Shown: positions 59,102 through 64,000 of the stretch, piece after piece
Layout of the letters: each line of letters opens with the position of its first letter
Numbering within the stretch: position 1 is the stretch's first letter
Assembly: GCA_002269645.1 (NCBI GenBank)
Contig: NIVC01001522.1
Span: 124,001-188,000 of the forward strand
DNA from: Macrostomum lignano
Lineage: Eukaryota
Reading direction: 5' to 3'
Length of the DNA stretch: 64,000 nt
Translations under genes and position numbers: made by a program
Notes under the pieces: model-generated
What the model was told of the DNA's origin: nothing
The model's input: only the letters and a program-made list of their open reading frames with translations
Database searches by the model: none

Positions 59102-62100
59102 CTCTCCCCGTTCAAATAAAGAGGGGGAGTGAAGCGCTGCGCGCTTTATTTAAAAATAGAACAAATGCAAGTTTTAATGAAAAACGCTAACATGGCAAAT
59201 GCTGCAGATAAATTGCTGTTGAGATGGCTGCTGTAAGAAATTAATGCTGGCTGGGCGGGGGCCACAAAAGGATGAAAGTCCAGTACGGCGGGGGCGTTGG
59301 CCCGCTACTGAACGCTTAAATGTCACGGGGCGCCGGCCCACTTAAGAAATGGCGCCTATATATTGACGTAGGGGCGCCGGCCCACGGTAGAATGGCGCCT
59401 AAATAAATTTAGCAGCAATTCACCCCTTTTAAAAGTGAGCACCAAGGGGTTGCCAAAACGCTTCGGTCCTGAATAAATGAGACGAATCCAGGGTGCTCCC
59501 CGCTCAGGCTAAAACTGGAGCATTCCCTGAGGGCAAGAGAACCTGAACTAAGTGGGCGCAACATCAGCGCGGCATGCAATGCACGGACATCAGAGGGGAG
59601 AGGAGAACCTCGCGCAGGAGACTTCGCGGGTGGCGGAAATCTGTCAGGGCTAGAGCGTATCGCTTCAGCGCGATTCAGATGTACCGCGGTGGTGGGCAGG
59701 CCAGGGCCGCCAGCAGGTCATCCTCGCCGCTGTCGAGATGCCGGGCGACCCAAATCGCCACCAGGTGCACGGCGTAGGGCCGATACGGCTGCTGCAGATC
59801 GGAGCCGCCCAACCGGACAGCAGGGTCGATCGCTCCTTGGCAGTCGTGTGGCGCAGGCCGCTCCAAACTGGCCCGGCGAATGTCAAGGGCCAGTTGCCGT
59901 GCCGGGCGGCGTCGACCAGGATGTTGCGCGCCAGGCAGGCCCCTGTGGATAGCAGTGCGGCTCGATCTTCGTCAGCGGGCGATGCCGGCCCTGGAGCATC
60001 CGTCTGGACGCTCGCGTCCACCAGCTGCGGCAGCTCTTCGGGGGTGGGCGGCGGAGCGCGGGGCAGTTCCCTGGACAGGGCTTCGGCTAGGCCTTCCCAA
60101 GTGCCGACTGCCTCGGCCGGCTCCTCCCGGTTGGCCTTCGGCGGTTGGTTGTCGTCCGCCAGGGACATCGGCGACCCGGGCATCCCTGACTGGTCACCGT
60201 GAGTTCCGGGGTGCGCAGGGCCCACGGACCTGCCACAGTCGCGTTGGCAAACCTCTAGATGGTCGGAAGGCTCCAAGGCAGCATCTGCAAAAGTGGTTCT
60301 GATTTGGAGGCGGACCGCAGCTAAGCCGCGGGTTACCTCCTGCTCCAGTTGGGCATACGCGACAGCCGCCGCTAATCGCTGGGCAGTCACGCGTCGGACT
60401 GTAGTGCCACCCGGAGGTGAGTCAGCCGTGAGGTCGATGACCTCGGTAAGCTCAGTTCGGTCAGTGCGTTGACCTCGGTGGTCGGGTCGGCGCCGTCGCG
60501 GCTCAGGTGATGGCGAGCTATTGCGCCGAGCTCGCTCATTCCCGCGCCAGGGTGACCTCTCTGGGCGCTGCTGGTCATTATGCTGCCTCGGCTGCCGTAC
60601 GGCCAGGGGTCAGCGCGGGATTCCCATGGCCTCTGGGGAGGGCGGGGTTCCCGGCCTTCGCTGGCTCCGGCTTGGCCGGCCTCGCTCAGCCTCAGAAGAA
60701 GAGCTTGAGCTCGCTTGACGCGGGCGTTTGTGCATTGCTGCGCTGAAATGTTTCAATTTGTGCACGCGCATGCGGGCGGTGCGACTAAAATTTAGTTTTT
60801 TTTGGCCCTAGGATCGCTAATCAGGAGCCTCTCGGGCGGCCTCCGATCCCTAACTGGCCTACCTACGGCTACCGGTAAGGGAGACGCTTCCACCTGAACG
60901 GTGCAAGATGATGGCGCAGGAGACTGCGCCGCAGAAAAAGGTTCGGGAAGGGGGACGCATGGACAGGTGAAAACGAAGCAACGGATGCAGACGCATTCAC
61001 ACCAGGCACATTAACATGGCGATCACCATACGGCAGTGGCTCACGCCGAAATTCACTTGCCTGGTTCGCTGGTGTCGTGACCGGTTCACCTGGCCGCACA
61101 TCCGGGATCGTTAACGGCCGGAAGTGCCATCGGAACGCCGGCCATGCGTCATTGTCATCATCGTCATCCTCCAGATCATCCTCCGGGATCGGTGTCAGTG
61201 TCGCGGGTCCTGCACCATCCGAAACGTCGGTCGACCTGCGGCGCTTCTTGGCCTTGTCGACCTCCGGTTCCGAAGTCAGCTGATAGTCGGGATCAGGCAT
61301 GAGGCAGCAAATTCCGGCGATGGACAATTAGCTCGTCACGCCTGGCCCGCGGGTTTGGTAGTCTACGGTGAATCTTGTAGACGACCTCGCCCTTAGGTTC
61401 GACTACCTCGTACAGCGCTTTGCGAGGTCGATGGAACTTCGCCACCTCATCCGATTCGAGCACCGGGTTGTTGAGGAAAACCAGGTCACCAGGTTTGAGC
61501 TTCTTAACGGCGGGCAGGTTCGAGTAGTGCTCGTCGCGCAGCTACTCGTCGATGCAGATGCAGGCGGTCTTTAGCTAGCTCGGTCGCATCGTCTAAGCGG
61601 CGCTGGAAGTCCTTGACGTAGTCGGGCAGATCGGCATACTCGGGCATCTTCTTGATCGCGTTGTCGATTGGGAGTCGAAAGTCACGACCAAACGCCAGGT
61701 AGTGAGGCGTGAAACCTGTCATGAGCGGATAGCCATCAGACAGGCTGGGAGAAAGGTGTCCCAGTCGTTATGGTTGCGCTCGAGGAGGCAGGTGAGGACG
61801 CTCTTCAGCTGCTTGTTGAGGTTCTCAACTTGCCCATTAGAAGCTGGATTGTAGGTTGTTGTCGTATGCCGGATGCCAAACAGGTCACAGAACTTCTTGA
61901 AAGCTGAGCCAGTAAAGTTGGTTCCTTGATCAGTGTATCCAGCAGGGTACACCAAAGTCAGGGATCAACCGCTCCTGCAGGATCTTGACAGTTTTGGCTT
62001 TCTGGTTCCCTATAGGATAGGCGAATGGGTAATTCGACGTCGCGTCGCACAGCGTCAAGATGTAGCGGTTCCCGCTCTTGCTATTCTGGGCAATAGGGCC

Positions 62101-62542
62101 TACTACGTCACAGTGTACTCTTCCCAGAACTTCACACACCGGGAAGCTCTGTACAGGTACTGGGTCTCGTCTTCGCGATTTACTTTCAAGACAGGCACGG
62201 CACTTACTGATAAAGTTCTCGGTGACACGGGCTAATCCGAGTCTCCAGAATCGTTCACGTAGCCGCTTCAACGTCTTCGTCTGGCCGAGGTGTCCAAGCA
62301 GTGGCGAACTGTGGAGCTCCTGGAGCACCTGGGCATCGAGGCTTTCGGGCAGGACAAAACGAGAACACGAGACAAAGGGGGGCGAACGAGGACAAACAGA
62401 CAGTCAGGCAAACGCGCAAGGAACAGGCCAGAGGACAGGCGAGAAGGGACAGGCAACTGCCAAGCGTCAGACAGAAGCGTGGGGCGAGGGCGAGGGAAAC
62501 AGCTGACTAGTGCGGCGCCGAACTAAATAGTGACTCACTACA
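58247..62542 (-). mobile_element. Internally deleted Ty3/Gypsy element (partial 5' LTR, integrase, extra 3' ORFs, PPT, 3' LTR)
   Basis: LHSSPLLGHLGQTKT...CRAC; RVHCDVVGP...YILTLCDATSNYPFAYP; TDQGTNF...YNPASNGQVENLNKQLK; TGFTPHYLAFGR; YEVVE...VYKI...IVHRRNL. Confidence 0.85.
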
Positions 62543-63504
62543 CTAGATTGATATTAGGGACATTGATATCAACGCCGGGCAATATTTCCTCATGTACTCG
62601 CTGCATTCTAGTTTGCATCGCTACTTACTCTTGTAATTAGGCTCGTGTGCTTTGTAATAAGAACCTGGAGAGACGATTGGAAGCAATTGTATTGAGAATT
62701 CAATAAAAAAAATTAATAAAGAGAATTCAATTCAATAGTCGCATTCACACTGTATGTAGTACATATCACATATACATCACAAGCAAACCAACTTCCCTAC
62801 CACAGGACGCCGCCCCGATAATAATTAAATGTATTTGCTAAGAGTCATTGAAATGTAAGCAAAATTTGCAGAGGCAAACTAAGAGTAACAACACCAGGGT
62901 AGCTGAACAGTGCAGAGGTTTTAAGTGCAGTTTGCATGGAGTAGGATAGTAAAAACATGAATTCAAATTTTAACGAAATAAGTGCATACTACGGTTTTAG
63001 GAAGCCACTCCAGCCAAATGCGAGAAAAGAAAGGTTACAGAAAATACTGTGGCCTGCTGACGGCGTCTTTTGCTGTGACGGAGGTCCATCGCATAAATAC
63101 CAGCGGCTCGTTTCGAGCGCTTTTGTAGCATCGGATGTTGCTCACTTCACTATTCTTGCTGCGTGTGCGGCTGACGTTTGACGCTGTCAGCGACCCGACT
63201 CTCCACATTTATTGACGTTACAGAAGCTGCCAGATCAGTTCCGTCGTAATAAGCATCGTTGGCGTATGCTTCTTCATTACTAAGGATTTCGCCTGGATAT
63301 TGTGCCACAAAAGCTCATTTTGTCAATAAGCAGGCCGCAAAGGCGCCTTCGCCCTTTAAGCCGGCGTCAGAAATAGGAACTGTGCTTTCGTCTTGACTGC
63401 GTAGCCGTGCCTCGATTTCTTGAGCTTTGGCTTGGGTCGCTGAATGGCGCTACTGTGAAGGGATAGCTTTAAAGGCTTAACTGCTGCTGCAACAGCTTCG
63501 AGCA

Positions 63505-63868
63505 CTACTGCTTCGGGCAAAGCGGGTACCTCAGCTTGTGACAGCAGCGGATGCTGCGGTATCGCCTTAGGCACTGGCCAATCGGAACATTTATATATTC
63601 CTCAAGTAAAGACATGTAACTCTTAACCATGGCCCTGCATTCATCAGCAGCTTTACGCTCAAACAGAATGTCCCAATTTTCGTACAATTTTGAAGGTGCT
63701 TGCGCATCGAAGTGGGTTAGCAAATATGGAAGCAAAACTTACATAGCTATGGATCCTCGAGAGTGCTTGCACCACGTCGGGATCCCGTCCATGCATGCAG
63801 TTTAGATGATAACGTAGGTGGTTGCTCCTCGTGCATGCCTCACAATAAGGGCAATTGAAAAAATACAA
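63505..63868 (-). other. Fragmented ORF with one C2H2 zinc-finger-like motif
   Basis: CPYCEACTRSNHLRYHLNCMHG; frameshifted relative to the next piece; origin unknown. Confidence 0.3.
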
Positions 63869-64000
63869 CTTTGTTTTTATGTCATTTTGTAAATAACTTA
63901 ATTGTGGGTTGAACAGAAAACTGACGCATAGAAAGTGAGTTGTGAATGGCGATTGTTTCTTATATGATTTAGAGGGCGAGGTTGGCTTCGCCTCGTATAG

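Noticed and set aside
1-64000. tRNA, rRNA or prokaryotic operon features
   Set aside because: None recognised by eye; the gene structure is spliceosomal.

Overview
Eukaryotic (invertebrate animal) genomic DNA with GC-rich exons and GT-AG introns. The style resembles the flatworm Macrostomum, but the species cannot be proven from this window. The left half (1-31 kb, all + strand) holds three genes. (i) The 3' end of urocanate hydratase. (ii) Nine exons of a KIF21A/B-like kinesin-4 (coiled-coil stalk plus WD40 tail). Its motor-domain exons are absent between it and the urocanase stop, and nearly every intron is filled by its own minisatellite. (iii) A complete 11-exon, ~1069-aa secreted EGF-EGF-NIDO-AMOP-VWD-EGF protein (MUC4/SUSD2/Mesh-like) with a hydrophobic, GPI-signal-like tail. 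The right half (31-64 kb) is a stack of nested, mostly decayed transposons that can be resolved by target-site duplications. A PHD/FLYWCH Mutator transposase is split by a THAP-bearing P-like element and by an internally deleted Ingi-like LINE. That LINE carries a 2A StopGo motif, a candidate HDV-like ribozyme and a 41-bp micro-transposon. Further right are a 10-bp-TSD element, a spliced hAT transposase containing two MITEs, two Gypsy relics, an env-like ORF and a Polinton-type DNA polymerase B fragment. Most long ORFs in the supplied track over tandem repeats are artefacts of repeat periodicity.
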